A stretch of DNA of 64,000 nucleotides from an uncultured Bacteroidales bacterium (GCA_947311115.1 CAMZKE010000078.1:33892-97891), one strand, 5' to 3'. Positions 7,614 through 17,630 are shown, counted from the first letter of the stretch. Numbers and translations: made by a program. The notes: generated from the sequence alone by a model not told the origin.

Positions 7614-10556
7614 ATGAAAGCAATAAAAAAGATTTTAAAGTATTTAAGTATATTCATTTTAGTTGTACTAATAGCTCTAATATCAGTACCTTTTATGTTT
7701 AAGGCTAAACTAATTGAAATAGCAAAAGAGCAAATAAATGAGCAAGTAAATGCAAAAATTGAGTTTGGTGAGTTTGATTTATCAATATTCAGTACATTTC
7801 CAAATTTGCTTTTTGAGATAAACAAAGTAAAAGTTTCAGGAGTTGATAAATTTGAAGGTAAAACTCTTTTTCAAATGGATAAACTAGGTGCTAAGGTTGA
7901 TATTATGAGTGTTTTTGGCGATAATATTAAAGTTATTGCTATATCGCTTGATAGACCTATAATAAACGCAATAGTTTTACCTGATAGCAGTGCAAACTGG
8001 GATATTGCGAAAGCAACTACCGATACTCTGGCTGTTGAAACCGAAGAGGAAACTCCAAGTAATGATGGCGAATCAGGAAGTTTTAAATTATCCTTAAAAT
8101 CGTTCGAGATAAATAATGCTAATATTTCATATAACGATATGCCGGGTAATATGTCGGCAGCAATAGATGATTTAACATTTGCCTTAAGTGGCGATTTAGG
8201 AGCAGAAAAAACAGAACTTAAAATTTCTACATTAATAAAAAAGCTAACATTTAAACAAGATGGTGTTAATCTTGTAAATAAGGCAGAACTTGAATACAAT
8301 GCCGAGTTTGATGCCGATTTAGTAAATTCTAAATATATATTTAAAGAAAATACATTTAGAATAAATGCTTTAGAACTTGCATTCAACGGCTTTGTACAAA
8401 TGATGGAAAACGATGATATTAATCTTGATATAAAATTTAATACAAATAAACCTACTTTTAAAAGTTTATTATCAATGGTTCCTGCTGTATATATGACTGA
8501 TTTTGCAGATGTTAAAACAAAAGGTAATCTTGAATTAAAAGGCTTTGCAAAAGGTGCTTATAACGAAAATACATTACCGGCATTCGATTTAACATTAAAA
8601 GTTGGCGATGCAATGTTTAAATATCCTGATTTACCTGCTGCTGCAACAAATATTGCTATCGATTTAAACATAAATAACAAAGATGGAGTAGAAGACCATA
8701 CTGTTATCAACTTAAAGAAATTTCATGTTGAGTTGGCCGATAATCCTATTGATTTGCGTGTATTAACAAAAACTCCAATTTCAGACCCATATATTGACGG
8801 GAATTTAAAAGCAAATATCGATTTTGCAAAACTAAAAACTGTTGTGCCTCTCGATAGTATGTCTATGACCGGAACAATGACATCAGATATATCGTTTAAG
8901 GGAAATTTATCAACAATAGAGCAAGAACAATACGAAGATTTTCATGCAGAAGGTATATTAGCTCTTAATAATTTTATATTCAAATCTGCTGATTTTGAGC
9001 AAGGAATTACAATATCGGAAACAGAATTAGAATTTTCGCCAAAATATGTTGCTTTAAATAAATTTACAACTAAAATTGGCAAATCAGATATATCTGCAAA
9101 TGGGCGTATCGATAATTTATTATCATATTATTTTAAAGATGAAACCCTTAAAGGCGAATTTAATGTAAACTCTAATTTGCTTGATGCTAACGAATTTATG
9201 TCTGATGACGAAACTTCTGATATACAAACACAATCAACAGCAGAAAGTACCGAGCAAAAAACAGATGCAACATCGGAAACTACAGAAGAAACAGGAGTTG
9301 TTGAAATACCTAAAAACATTGATTTTAAATTAAATACCAATTTCAAAAAAGTACTTTACGAAGATTTAGTTATTACAGATATAAATGGAGCAATGAGCTT
9401 AAAAGAAGCTGTTGCATCAATGGATAACTTAAAAATGAATATGCTTGATGGAGCATTAAATTTATCTGGCGAATACTCAACAAAAGATATTACAAAACCT
9501 AGTGCAAAAATGACTTTTGGTATTTTAGGTTTTGATATTAAAAAAACTTACGATTCGTTTAAAATACTTCAAGAATCAGCGCCAATAGCCAAAAACTGTT
9601 CGGGTAAATTTACAATGATATTAAATTACCAATCGTTGTTAAACGACTCAATGATGCCAGTTATGGAAACCGTAAATGGCGGAGGAATGTTTTCTTCAAA
9701 ACAAATTACAATAGATAATTCTGATGTGTTTAATAAGCTTGCCGGTTTATTACAAAACGATAAATACAAAACTTTAGAATTAGCTGATTTAAATATTAAA
9801 TTTAAAATTGTTGATGGCAATATTGAAGTAGAACCATTTAAAACAAAATCGGGTAAAACTGAATTTGAAATAGGAGGTAAGCAAGGAATTGACCAAACAT
9901 TAGATTATAAAATGAATATTAAAATTCCTAGCTCAGAGTTAGGTTCATCGGCAAACGAAATAGCGGGCAAATTATCGGCATTGGCTGGTGCAAATGGATT
10001 AGATGTAAATATGCCTGAAATAATTGATATTAAAGGACTAATTACAGGAACTGTTCAAAAACCTAAAATTTCACTAGATTTAAAACAGCAAGCACAAAAT
10101 GTTGTTGAAGATATTAAAGAGCAAGTAAAAGAGGTAGTAAAACAAGAAATTGATAAAGCAAAAAAACAAGCAATAGAGGAAGCAAAAAAGCAAGCAGCAA
10201 AATTATTAGCCGAAGCCCAGAAACAAGCCGCAGCGGTTAAAAAGACAGCACAACAAACTGCCAAGTCTATACGTTCTAATGGTAAAAAAGCGGCTGCAGA
10301 TATTCGAAATGAAGCAAAAAAACAGGGCGATAAGCTAATTAAAGATGCAGGAATGAATCCACTGAAAAAGGCTGCAGCAAAAGAAGCCGCTAAACAATTA
10401 AATAAAGAAGCAGATAAAAAAGCTAAAAAAGTTGAAAATGAAGCAAATAATAAGGCAAATAAACTTGTAAACGAGGCAAATAAAAAAGCTGATGGTTTTG
10501 TTAACACCGCAAAACAAAAAGGCGACGATTTAATTAGAAAAGCCGAAAATGCTTAG
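7614..10556 (+). CDS. AsmA-family outer-membrane biogenesis protein with a Lys/Ala-rich C-terminal tail
   Basis: The N-terminal TM anchor (YLSIFILVVLIALISVPFMF) is followed by AsmA-like repetitive beta-rich sequence (IEFGEFDLSIFSTFPNL, FKLSLKSFEINNANISYND). The last roughly 170 aa are low-complexity KKQA/AKK repeats. Confidence 0.7.
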   Translation: MKAIKKILKYLSIFILVVLIALISVPFMFKAKLIEIAKEQINEQVNAKIEFGEFDLSIFSTFPNLLFEINKVKVSGVDKFEGKTLFQMDKLGAKVDIMSVFGDNIKVIAISLDRPIINAIVLPDSSANWDIAKATTDTLAVETEEETPSNDGESGSFKLSLKSFEINNANISYNDMPGNMSAAIDDLTFALSGDLGAEKTELKISTLIKKLTFKQDGVNLVNKAELEYNAEFDADLVNSKYIFKENTFRINALELAFNGFVQMMENDDINLDIKFNTNKPTFKSLLSMVPAVYMTDFADVKTKGNLELKGFAKGAYNENTLPAFDLTLKVGDAMFKYPDLPAAATNIAIDLNINNKDGVEDHTVINLKKFHVELADNPIDLRVLTKTPISDPYIDGNLKANIDFAKLKTVVPLDSMSMTGTMTSDISFKGNLSTIEQEQYEDFHAEGILALNNFIFKSADFEQGITISETELEFSPKYVALNKFTTKIGKSDISANGRIDNLLSYYFKDETLKGEFNVNSNLLDANEFMSDDETSDIQTQSTAESTEQKTDATSETTEETGVVEIPKNIDFKLNTNFKKVLYEDLVITDINGAMSLKEAVASMDNLKMNMLDGALNLSGEYSTKDITKPSAKMTFGILGFDIKKTYDSFKILQESAPIAKNCSGKFTMILNYQSLLNDSMMPVMETVNGGGMFSSKQITIDNSDVFNKLAGLLQNDKYKTLELADLNIKFKIVDGNIEVEPFKTKSGKTEFEIGGKQGIDQTLDYKMNIKIPSSELGSSANEIAGKLSALAGANGLDVNMPEIIDIKGLITGTVQKPKISLDLKQQAQNVVEDIKEQVKEVVKQEIDKAKKQAIEEAKKQAAKLLAEAQKQAAAVKKTAQQTAKSIRSNGKKAAADIRNEAKKQGDKLIKDAGMNPLKKAAAKEAAKQLNKEADKKAKKVENEANNKANKLVNEANKKADGFVNTAKQKGDDLIRKAENA

Positions 10557-10581
10557 ATAATTAAATACATTATAAAACTAA

Positions 10582-12645
10582 ATGAGACAAATTTTTTATA
10601 TGAGATATTTAATAATAATTTTATTTATAGGACTAATGGGGAACAGTTTGTTTTCACAAAGTGGGTGTCCTGAGCTGAAAAATAAAAAAGCAATAAAAAA
10701 ATATGAATATGGTTTAATAAAGCTTAAATCAAGGTTGTCTAAAGATAAAACAGAAGCTTATAAAGCATTATTGGAGGCAACAAAAATTGATGATAAATTT
10801 TTCCCTGCATTTTACGAATTAGCAGAAATTAATATGTTTAAGGCAGCCTTTGCAGAAGATATTCCAACCGTGCAAAGGTATAATAATAAAGCAGTTAAGT
10901 ATTATGAGAGTAGTATTAAAGGCTGTGAAAGTTATATGAATTATGATGCACAATATAAGCTTGGATATATATATTATAATAAACTAGAATACGAAAAAGC
11001 ATTAGAGTATTTATCAGTTTTTGTAAAAAATGGTATGAATAATAAAAGTTATTCTCGTGGTCAAAAAATGTATAATCATTGCGAAAAATATATTGAACTT
11101 ATTACAAAGCCTGTTTCGTTTAGTCCTGTAAAAATAGAAGGTGTAAGTACGCAAAGCGATGAATTTTTACCTCTAATTTCTCCTGATGGAGAGTTTATAT
11201 TTTATACTCGAAAATATCAGAAACATAAAAAAGGAGAATTAACATCTAAATATGTTAACGAATTTACATACAGTAAACGAACAAATGATTTATCAGAACA
11301 TAACCCTAAATTTTCTACAGGATTTATTATGCCGCCACCATTTAATAATGGTGCCGACCAAGGTGCAATAAGTATTTCTATCGATAATAATAATCTGTAT
11401 CTAACTATATGTAAAGATGTTAGGCGTAGAAGTGGAAGCGGTAAATATACAAATTGTGATTTGTATGTTTCTCATTTTGTTGATGAACAATGGACAGAAC
11501 CACAGAATTTAGGACCTAATATTAACGGTAGATATACTTGGGAAAGTCAACCATCAATTTCTGCTGATGGTAAAACTCTATATTTTGCAAGTATGCGACC
11601 TACAAATATTGGTTTCGATGTAAATAATTCGCAAACATATAATGTTGATTTGTATTATTCTGAAAAAGATAAAAATGATAAGTGGTTGCCAGCTAAAAAC
11701 TTAGGTAAAGTAATAAACACCGAAGGTAATGAAAAATCGCCATTTATGCACTCTGACAGTCAAACTCTTTATTTTTCATCTGATGGACGTGAAGGTATAG
11801 GTGGTTATGATATTTACTACTCTCAGAAAAATGACAAAGGTATTTGGTCAACACCAAAAAATATTGGCTATCCAATAAATACTGCAAAAGATGAAGTTGG
11901 TTTAATAGTAAGTACTAATGGCGAAAAAGCATATTTTTCATCAAATAAAATTGGAGATGGAAAAGGCTACGATATTTATTCGTTTGATTTGTACGAAGAA
12001 GCTCGTCCAAAAAGAGTTTTGTTTGCAAAAGGTAAACTTGCTGATGCAAATGGAAATATAATAGCAGGTGCTAAAATTGAAGTAAAATCAACAAAAACTA
12101 ATAAAATTACCTCCGGATTGGTTGATAGCTCAACCGGTAAATATGCAATAGCAGTGGCGGTAGAAGATAATGAAGAATTTTTAATGACTGTAAAAAAGGA
12201 AGATTTTGCTTTTACATCGGCATACCTAAAACCTAAAACAGAAGAACTTTTAACAGCTCCTGTAAAAATTAACTTCGAAATGAAACCTATTGAAGTAGGA
12301 GCAGAGGTTGAAATTAAAGATATTCATTTTGCATCAAACTCTTCGTTATTCGATAAGGAAAGTATGTTTGTACTTAATAGTTTTGTCGAATTTTTAGAGG
12401 ATAATCCAAGAGTTAAAATTGAAATACAAGGACATACCGATAATATTGGTAACCCTAAAGCAAATATGGAGCTTTCAAAAGAAAGAGCTAAAGCTGTAAG
12501 AGATTTTTTAATACTTATGGGTATTGATTCTACTAGAATTGTTGCGTACAAAGGGTTTGGACAATCTAAACCTGTTGCCTCAAATAATACTATAGAGGGG
12601 CGAGCTAAAAACCGTAGAACAGAGTTTGTAATTGTTGCGAAATAA
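10582..12645 (+). CDS. OmpA-family protein with TPR + PD40 beta-propeller + CarboxypepD_reg + OmpA_C (paralog of 2866..4800)
   Basis: The architecture matches the PorE-like gene. PD40 motifs are FIFYTRK, LYFASMRP, LYFSSDGREGIGGYDIYYS and AYFSSNKIGDGKGYDIYS. The OmpA_C domain reads IHFASNSS...QGHTDNIGNPKANMELSKERAKAV...NRRTEFVI. The alternative ATG at 10600 is also a possible start. Confidence 0.8.
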   Translation: MRQIFYMRYLIIILFIGLMGNSLFSQSGCPELKNKKAIKKYEYGLIKLKSRLSKDKTEAYKALLEATKIDDKFFPAFYELAEINMFKAAFAEDIPTVQRYNNKAVKYYESSIKGCESYMNYDAQYKLGYIYYNKLEYEKALEYLSVFVKNGMNNKSYSRGQKMYNHCEKYIELITKPVSFSPVKIEGVSTQSDEFLPLISPDGEFIFYTRKYQKHKKGELTSKYVNEFTYSKRTNDLSEHNPKFSTGFIMPPPFNNGADQGAISISIDNNNLYLTICKDVRRRSGSGKYTNCDLYVSHFVDEQWTEPQNLGPNINGRYTWESQPSISADGKTLYFASMRPTNIGFDVNNSQTYNVDLYYSEKDKNDKWLPAKNLGKVINTEGNEKSPFMHSDSQTLYFSSDGREGIGGYDIYYSQKNDKGIWSTPKNIGYPINTAKDEVGLIVSTNGEKAYFSSNKIGDGKGYDIYSFDLYEEARPKRVLFAKGKLADANGNIIAGAKIEVKSTKTNKITSGLVDSSTGKYAIAVAVEDNEEFLMTVKKEDFAFTSAYLKPKTEELLTAPVKINFEMKPIEVGAEVEIKDIHFASNSSLFDKESMFVLNSFVEFLEDNPRVKIEIQGHTDNIGNPKANMELSKERAKAVRDFLILMGIDSTRIVAYKGFGQSKPVASNNTIEGRAKNRRTEFVIVAK

Positions 12646-12756
12646 TTTATAATAATCAAATTAAGATTTGAATACGCTAAATAGCTATTACTACCGTTCT
12701 TTATTTATCTCATTTGGTCAAATAGCCTATTGAAAAAATAAAAAATAATAAATATA

Positions 12757-13251
12757 ATGCGTGGCAAAAAGGAAATATACGATAAACTTAACGAGTTAAA
12801 TATAAAATTTGAGTACTACGAGCATCCTTCAATACCAACAATTGAACTTGCAAAAATTCATAAAAAAGATATTGATGCAACTCATTGCAAGAATGTTTTT
12901 TTACGAAACCACAAAGGTAAAAAGCATTATTTTGTGGTATTAGAACAAAGTAAAAATGTAAATATTCGTCAATTAGAATTAATGTTAAAGCAAGGAAAAT
13001 TAAGTTTTGCAAGTGATAAACGACTAACTAAATACCTAAATACAAAACAAGGAGCTGTATCGCCACTTGGCTTAATTTTCGATGAAGAAAATAATACAAC
13101 TTTATTTATTGATAAAGAGCTGGAAGGCGAGCAGAAGCTAAGTTTTCATCCTAATGTTGACTATGCAAGTTTAGTAATATCCTACGCCGATTTAATTAAG
13201 TATATCAAAAATAAAGGTATTAGCTATGAATTGCTGGATTTATCATTGTAA
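12757..13251 (+). CDS. YbaK/ProX-type aminoacyl-tRNA editing domain protein
   Basis: This 164-aa protein has HCKNVFLRNHKGKKHYFVVL and GAVSPLGL segments resembling trans-editing YbaK/prolyl-tRNA-synthetase-associated domains. Confidence 0.6.
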   Translation: MRGKKEIYDKLNELNIKFEYYEHPSIPTIELAKIHKKDIDATHCKNVFLRNHKGKKHYFVVLEQSKNVNIRQLELMLKQGKLSFASDKRLTKYLNTKQGAVSPLGLIFDEENNTTLFIDKELEGEQKLSFHPNVDYASLVISYADLIKYIKNKGISYELLDLSL

Positions 13252-13369
13252 TAGATATATCAATCCTCATTTTTAAAATTTAGAATTACTTACTTTCGGT
13301 TCTAATCATAAAAAAACAAACCTGCCAACAAACACAAAAAATATTTTTCCGAAATTAATATGAAAAAAC

Positions 13370-13377
13370 TATCTTTG
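13370..13377 (+). promoter_or_regulatory. Candidate -7 promoter motif (TATCTTTG) for sucC
   Basis: Matches TAnnTTTG, 33 nt upstream of the sucC ATG. Confidence 0.35.
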
Positions 13378-13410
13378 GACTCGTAAAAATAAATTTAAAA
13401 AACTATATAT

Positions 13411-14619
13411 ATGAATATACACGAATATCAAGCAAAAGGTATTCTTAAGAGTTTTGGTGTAGGAATTCAAGAAGGAATTGTTGCAAAAACTCCAGAGGAA
13501 GCAGTAGAAGCTGCAAAGCAGTTAACAGAACAAACAGGAACAGAATGGTATGTTGTTAAAGCTCAAATTCATGCAGGTGGAAGAGGTAAAGGTACTATTA
13601 AAGAAACCGGTGCACATGGTGTTGTTTTAGCAAAAGGAATAGATAAAGTTGCCGATATTGTTAAAAGTATTGTAGGTGGTGTACTTGTTACAAAACAAAC
13701 AGGTGAAGATGGTAAAAAAGTGAACCAAATTCTTGTCGCTCAAGATGTTTACTATCCTGGAGAAGTTGAAACAGAAGAGTTTTATATGTCGGTATTATTA
13801 AACCGTCAAACTGGTCGTAACATTATTATGTATTCTACCGAAGGTGGAATGGATATTGAAACTGTTGCTGAAAAAACTCCTGAATTAATTTACAAAGAAG
13901 AAGTTGACCCAAAGGTTGGTCTTCAAGGATTTCAAGCACGTAAAATTGCTTTCAATTTAGGTCTTTCGGGTAACGCGTTTAAAGAAATGACAAAATTTGT
14001 TACATCTCTTTATAATGCTTATGTTGGTATAGATGCTTCAATGTTTGAGATTAACCCGGTGTTAAAAACATCTGATAATAAAATAATTGCTGTTGATGCA
14101 AAAGTAAATCTTGATGATAACGCACTTTTTCGTCATAAAGATTATGCTGCAATGCTTGATGAAAGCGAAGAAGATGCTGCTGAATTAGAAGCAGCAAAGC
14201 ATGATTTAAGTTTTGTAAAACTTGATGGTAATGTTGGCTGTATGGTAAATGGTGCTGGTCTTGCAATGGCAACAATGGATATTATTAAACTTTCTGGTGG
14301 CGACCCTGCAAACTTTCTTGACGTAGGAGGTGCAGCAAATGCTGTTACTGTTGAAGCGGGCTTTCGTATTATTTTAAAAGACCCTAACGTAAAAGCTATT
14401 TTGCTAAATATTTTTGGCGGTATTGTTCGTTGCGATAGAGTTGCTGCAGGTGTTGTTGAGGCTGTTAAAAGTATTGGCGATATAAATATACCTGTAATTG
14501 TCCGTTTACAAGGAACAAATGCCGAAGAAGGTAAAAAAATTATAGATGATTCAGGATTAAAAGTAAATTCTGCAATAACTTTACAAGATGCTGCTAATCT
14601 TGTTAAAGAGTTAGTATAA
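13411..14619 (+). CDS. sucC: Succinate--CoA ligase (ADP-forming) beta subunit
   Basis: The sequence reads MNIHEYQAKGILKSFGV...VVKAQIHAGGRGKG...NPV...GNVGCMVNGAGLAMATMD...PANFLDVGGGA-like...NIFGGIVRCD, a full-length SucC signature. Confidence 0.95.
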   Translation: MNIHEYQAKGILKSFGVGIQEGIVAKTPEEAVEAAKQLTEQTGTEWYVVKAQIHAGGRGKGTIKETGAHGVVLAKGIDKVADIVKSIVGGVLVTKQTGEDGKKVNQILVAQDVYYPGEVETEEFYMSVLLNRQTGRNIIMYSTEGGMDIETVAEKTPELIYKEEVDPKVGLQGFQARKIAFNLGLSGNAFKEMTKFVTSLYNAYVGIDASMFEINPVLKTSDNKIIAVDAKVNLDDNALFRHKDYAAMLDESEEDAAELEAAKHDLSFVKLDGNVGCMVNGAGLAMATMDIIKLSGGDPANFLDVGGAANAVTVEAGFRIILKDPNVKAILLNIFGGIVRCDRVAAGVVEAVKSIGDINIPVIVRLQGTNAEEGKKIIDDSGLKVNSAITLQDAANLVKELV

Positions 14620-14637
14620 AATACTAAACTTATTATA

Positions 14638-14675
14638 AATAAGGGCTATTCATTTTTTATGAATAGCCCTTATTT
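14638..14675 (+). terminator. Rho-independent terminator after sucC
   Basis: A perfect 16-bp stem AAATAAGGGCTATTCAT / ATGAATAGCCCTTATTT encloses a T-rich loop and is followed by T-rich sequence. Confidence 0.75.
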
Positions 14676-14696
14676 ATTTATTTATTAAAATTATAG

Positions 14697-14704
14697 TATA
14701 TTTG
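14697..14704 (+). promoter_or_regulatory. Candidate -7 promoter motif (TATATTTG)
   Basis: Matches TAnnTTTG and ends 14 nt upstream of ATG 14718. Confidence 0.35.
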
Positions 14705-14717
14705 TAAGGCTACCTAT

Positions 14718-16244
14718 ATGAAAAGGCTATTTACATATCTATTAGGAAACTCCCCTGAGTTTTCGCTAAATTACAGAATATCTAATGCTATTCTGCTGTT
14801 AAGCGTATTATTTGGAATACAATCCACCATTGGAAATATAATGTTAGATTTACCTGTAATAACAATTATTGCTTCGGCATTAGCAGGTGTAGTATTATTT
14901 TTTCTTTATTATATATCTCGATTTAAAAATAAAAGAGAAATAGCAGTAATTCTCGCATTATCCTTATCAGTAGTTTTTTATATTCCAATAATGTGGATTG
15001 GAAATGGGGGCTCAATAGGAGGTATGGTTTATTATATCTTTTTATATGGAGCCTTTACCATGTCGGCTTTAGATGGAAAGAAATCGTTTATATTTATTGG
15101 GTTATTTATTACAGTATCGTTTCTATTATACATTTTAGAATACAATCATCAAATAAAAATTTATGATTATAATACTCCTTTCGATAGACTTGCAGATATA
15201 CTAATAAGTTTTGTTTTTGTTTTACTTGGTATTTCAATAACAATATATATTTATAAATCTCAATATCAGAAAAGTAATACTTTGCTTGAAGGTAAAAATA
15301 TAGAATTAAGTCAGTTAGTTCAAGAAATTACATCGCAACGCGATGAAATAGAGACACAGAGAGACGAAATAATAACTCAAAGAGATAGAGTTTCTGAACA
15401 AAATAAAATAATATCTAAACAAAATAGAGATATTAAAGATAGCATAAATTATGCAAAAAAAATACAAAATGCAGTTTTACCACAAAATGAATTATTGCAA
15501 AAGATATTAAATAATTTTTTCATTATTTATAAACCTAAAGATGTAGTAAGTGGCGATTTTTATTGGGTTGCAGAAGTTGATAAATATAAAGTTATTGTTG
15601 TTGCCGACTGTACCGGACATGGAGTACCCGGTGGTTTTATGAGCATGTTAGGAGTTTCTTTTTTAAATGAAATTATACTTAAGGATAAAATATTGCAAGC
15701 ATCAAAAATAATACATACACTACGAAAATATATTATTTATTCGTTAAAACAACAGGGAAATATTGGAGAACAAGCTGATGGTATGGATTTGTCTGTATGT
15801 GTATTAAATACAGAAACTTATGAGTTGGAATATTCGGGTGCAAATAATTCAATTTATATAGTATCAAAAAATAATTTAGCCGAACAAAACCCTAATAGAA
15901 TAAAAGAATTTTTGTGTACAGAAAAAGATATTAAAAATAAATTATATCAAATTTTCCCCGATAAAATGCCTGTAAGCTATTATGTTAGAATGGATAGATT
16001 TACCAATGTTAATGTTAAATTACAAAAAAATGACTGCCTTTATATGCTTACTGATGGTTACGCCGACCAATTTGGAGGAAATAAAGGGCGTAAATTAGGG
16101 TATAAAAGATTAAGAAAAACTATTCTAATAAATAGTTGTACTGAGTTAACCGAGCAGAAAGCAAAATTTAATGAAGCACTAGATAATTGGCAAGCTTCTA
16201 CTGAGCAAATCGATGATATTACAGTTTTAGCTGTTAAAATCTAA
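14718..16244 (+). CDS. Polytopic-membrane SpoIIE (PP2C-type) protein phosphatase
   Basis: About six N-terminal TM segments are followed by a coiled coil with QRDEIETQRDEIITQRDRV repeats. The SpoIIE motifs are SGDFYW, DCTGHGVPGGFMSM, DGMDL, TDGYADQFGG and DDITVLA. It is a paralog of the catalytic domain of 4811..6727. Confidence 0.85.
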   Translation: MKRLFTYLLGNSPEFSLNYRISNAILLLSVLFGIQSTIGNIMLDLPVITIIASALAGVVLFFLYYISRFKNKREIAVILALSLSVVFYIPIMWIGNGGSIGGMVYYIFLYGAFTMSALDGKKSFIFIGLFITVSFLLYILEYNHQIKIYDYNTPFDRLADILISFVFVLLGISITIYIYKSQYQKSNTLLEGKNIELSQLVQEITSQRDEIETQRDEIITQRDRVSEQNKIISKQNRDIKDSINYAKKIQNAVLPQNELLQKILNNFFIIYKPKDVVSGDFYWVAEVDKYKVIVVADCTGHGVPGGFMSMLGVSFLNEIILKDKILQASKIIHTLRKYIIYSLKQQGNIGEQADGMDLSVCVLNTETYELEYSGANNSIYIVSKNNLAEQNPNRIKEFLCTEKDIKNKLYQIFPDKMPVSYYVRMDRFTNVNVKLQKNDCLYMLTDGYADQFGGNKGRKLGYKRLRKTILINSCTELTEQKAKFNEALDNWQASTEQIDDITVLAVKI

Positions 16245-16284
16245 TAGTTAAGAAAAATTAATAATTATTTCTGAAATTTTGAAG

Positions 16285-16292
16285 TATATTTG
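16285..16292 (+). promoter_or_regulatory. Candidate -7 promoter motif (TATATTTG)
   Basis: Matches TAnnTTTG, 22 nt upstream of ATG 16314. Confidence 0.3.
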
Positions 16293-16313
16293 TGCTTATT
16301 AAAATAAGTAGAA

Positions 16314-17369
16314 ATGAATAAATTCAAATTAATAGTAATTCTTGTATTTACATTCAATATAATGTTTTCGCAAGAAGTAAAAAAGCAAGACGACCACGCA
16401 AACTCTTTAATTCATTGGATGACAATTCAAGAGGCTCTACAAAAACAAAAAACACAACCAAAAAAGATTTTTGTTGATGTTTATACAGATTGGTGTGGCT
16501 GGTGTAAGCACATGAATAAAACTACTTTTTCAAATCCGCAAATTGCAGCTTATATTAATCAATATTATTACCCTGTACGTTTTAATGGCGAAACAAAAGA
16601 TACAATTATATATCTTGGCGATACACTTGTAAATAAAGGTACAAGTCGCAAATCGGCACACCAATTAACAGGTATTTTAACAAATAATCGTCCATCATAC
16701 CCAACAATTACTTACCTTGATGAGAAAGGGCGAGTAATAAGCCCTGTACCCGGTTATATGGACGTTAAGAAAATGGAGCCATATTTGGTGTTTTTTACAG
16801 AAAATGTTTTTCGTACAACACAATTTGAAACTTTTCATAAAGAGTTTGATAAAACTTTTACTGATAGTTTAAAAATAAAACCGGCAAAAGTTAATTGGAA
16901 AACTTTCATTAAAGCCGAATTAGCATCGCAAAAAAAACCTAAGTTAATATTAGTAAAAATAGAAGCTCCTTGGAGTGTAACTTCAAAAATAATGGATTCT
17001 ACTACTTATGGTGATGCAGAGCTATCTAAGTATATAAATCAAAATTTTTATCCTGTAAAGTTAAATAGTATTACAAAAGATACAATTCAATTTTTTGGTA
17101 AAGATTATCTTAACTATCCAAATAATCCTTTTAATGAGTTGGCAATTTATTTACAAAATAAACAAATGATTGTGCCTGCAACAGTGTTTGTTTCACCTGA
17201 TGGGGTTATTTTAAGTCATGTGCCGGGTTATTTTACAAAAGATGGTATTGAACCAATATTACATTTTTTTCAAGAAGGAGCTTACAAAGAGCAAAAATGG
17301 GAAGAATATATAAAAGAATACAAAGCTGATAAATCTAAAAAAAAGAACGTTAAGTCTGTGGGTAAATAA
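16314..17369 (+). CDS. Secreted tandem thioredoxin-fold (DUF255/thioredoxin-like) protein
   Basis: A signal peptide is present. The first domain carries a CXXC motif (VYTDWCGWCKHM). The second domain is homologous (ILVKIEAPWSVTSKIM ... YPVKLN ... VPGYF) but lacks both cysteines. Confidence 0.65.
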   Translation: MNKFKLIVILVFTFNIMFSQEVKKQDDHANSLIHWMTIQEALQKQKTQPKKIFVDVYTDWCGWCKHMNKTTFSNPQIAAYINQYYYPVRFNGETKDTIIYLGDTLVNKGTSRKSAHQLTGILTNNRPSYPTITYLDEKGRVISPVPGYMDVKKMEPYLVFFTENVFRTTQFETFHKEFDKTFTDSLKIKPAKVNWKTFIKAELASQKKPKLILVKIEAPWSVTSKIMDSTTYGDAELSKYINQNFYPVKLNSITKDTIQFFGKDYLNYPNNPFNELAIYLQNKQMIVPATVFVSPDGVILSHVPGYFTKDGIEPILHFFQEGAYKEQKWEEYIKEYKADKSKKKNVKSVGK

Positions 17370-17428
17370 ATGCCACGAAGGCAAGAATAAATTTATAATA
17401 TTTGTAAATGAATGGGTATAAATAAAAT

Positions 17429-17444
17429 CCACGAATACACGAAT
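17429..17444 (+). repeat. 16-mer CCACGAATACACGAAT (two CACGAAT octamer units), identical to 31644..31659
   Basis: An exact 16-nt identity exists between the two loci. Both lie on the + strand shortly 3' of a + strand stop codon. A degenerate version, CCACGAAGGCAAGAAT, lies at 17373-17388. Confidence 0.7.
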
Positions 17445-17486
17445 TAAATAAATTTTAAAAATTAAATTAGAATCATATAACACTTA

Positions 17487-17630
17487 ACCATAGAACCATA
17501 GAACAATAGAACCATAGAACAATAGAACCATAGAACAATAGAACCATAGAACAATAGAACAATAGAACCATAGAGCAATAGAGCAATAGAGCAATAGAGC
17601 AATAGAACCATAGAACCATAGAACAGTATA
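17487..17630 (+). repeat. Octanucleotide tandem array: 17 units plus 1 degenerate unit, ending 2 nt before the bioA ATG
   Basis: The units are ACCATAGA (P), ACAATAGA (Q) and GCAATAGA (R) in the order PPQPQPQPQQPRRRRPP, followed by ACAGTATA. I counted them by hand from the sequence. Confidence 0.95.

Noticed and set aside
7871-8386. A 171-aa antisense ORF inside the AsmA-like gene (also 9128..9346, 9626..9820 and 10055..10507)
   Set aside because: These are embedded antisense to a long ORF with clear family features. Their low-complexity Ser/Ala/Phe/Cys-rich translation is typical of antisense frames of K/E/A-rich coding sequence.
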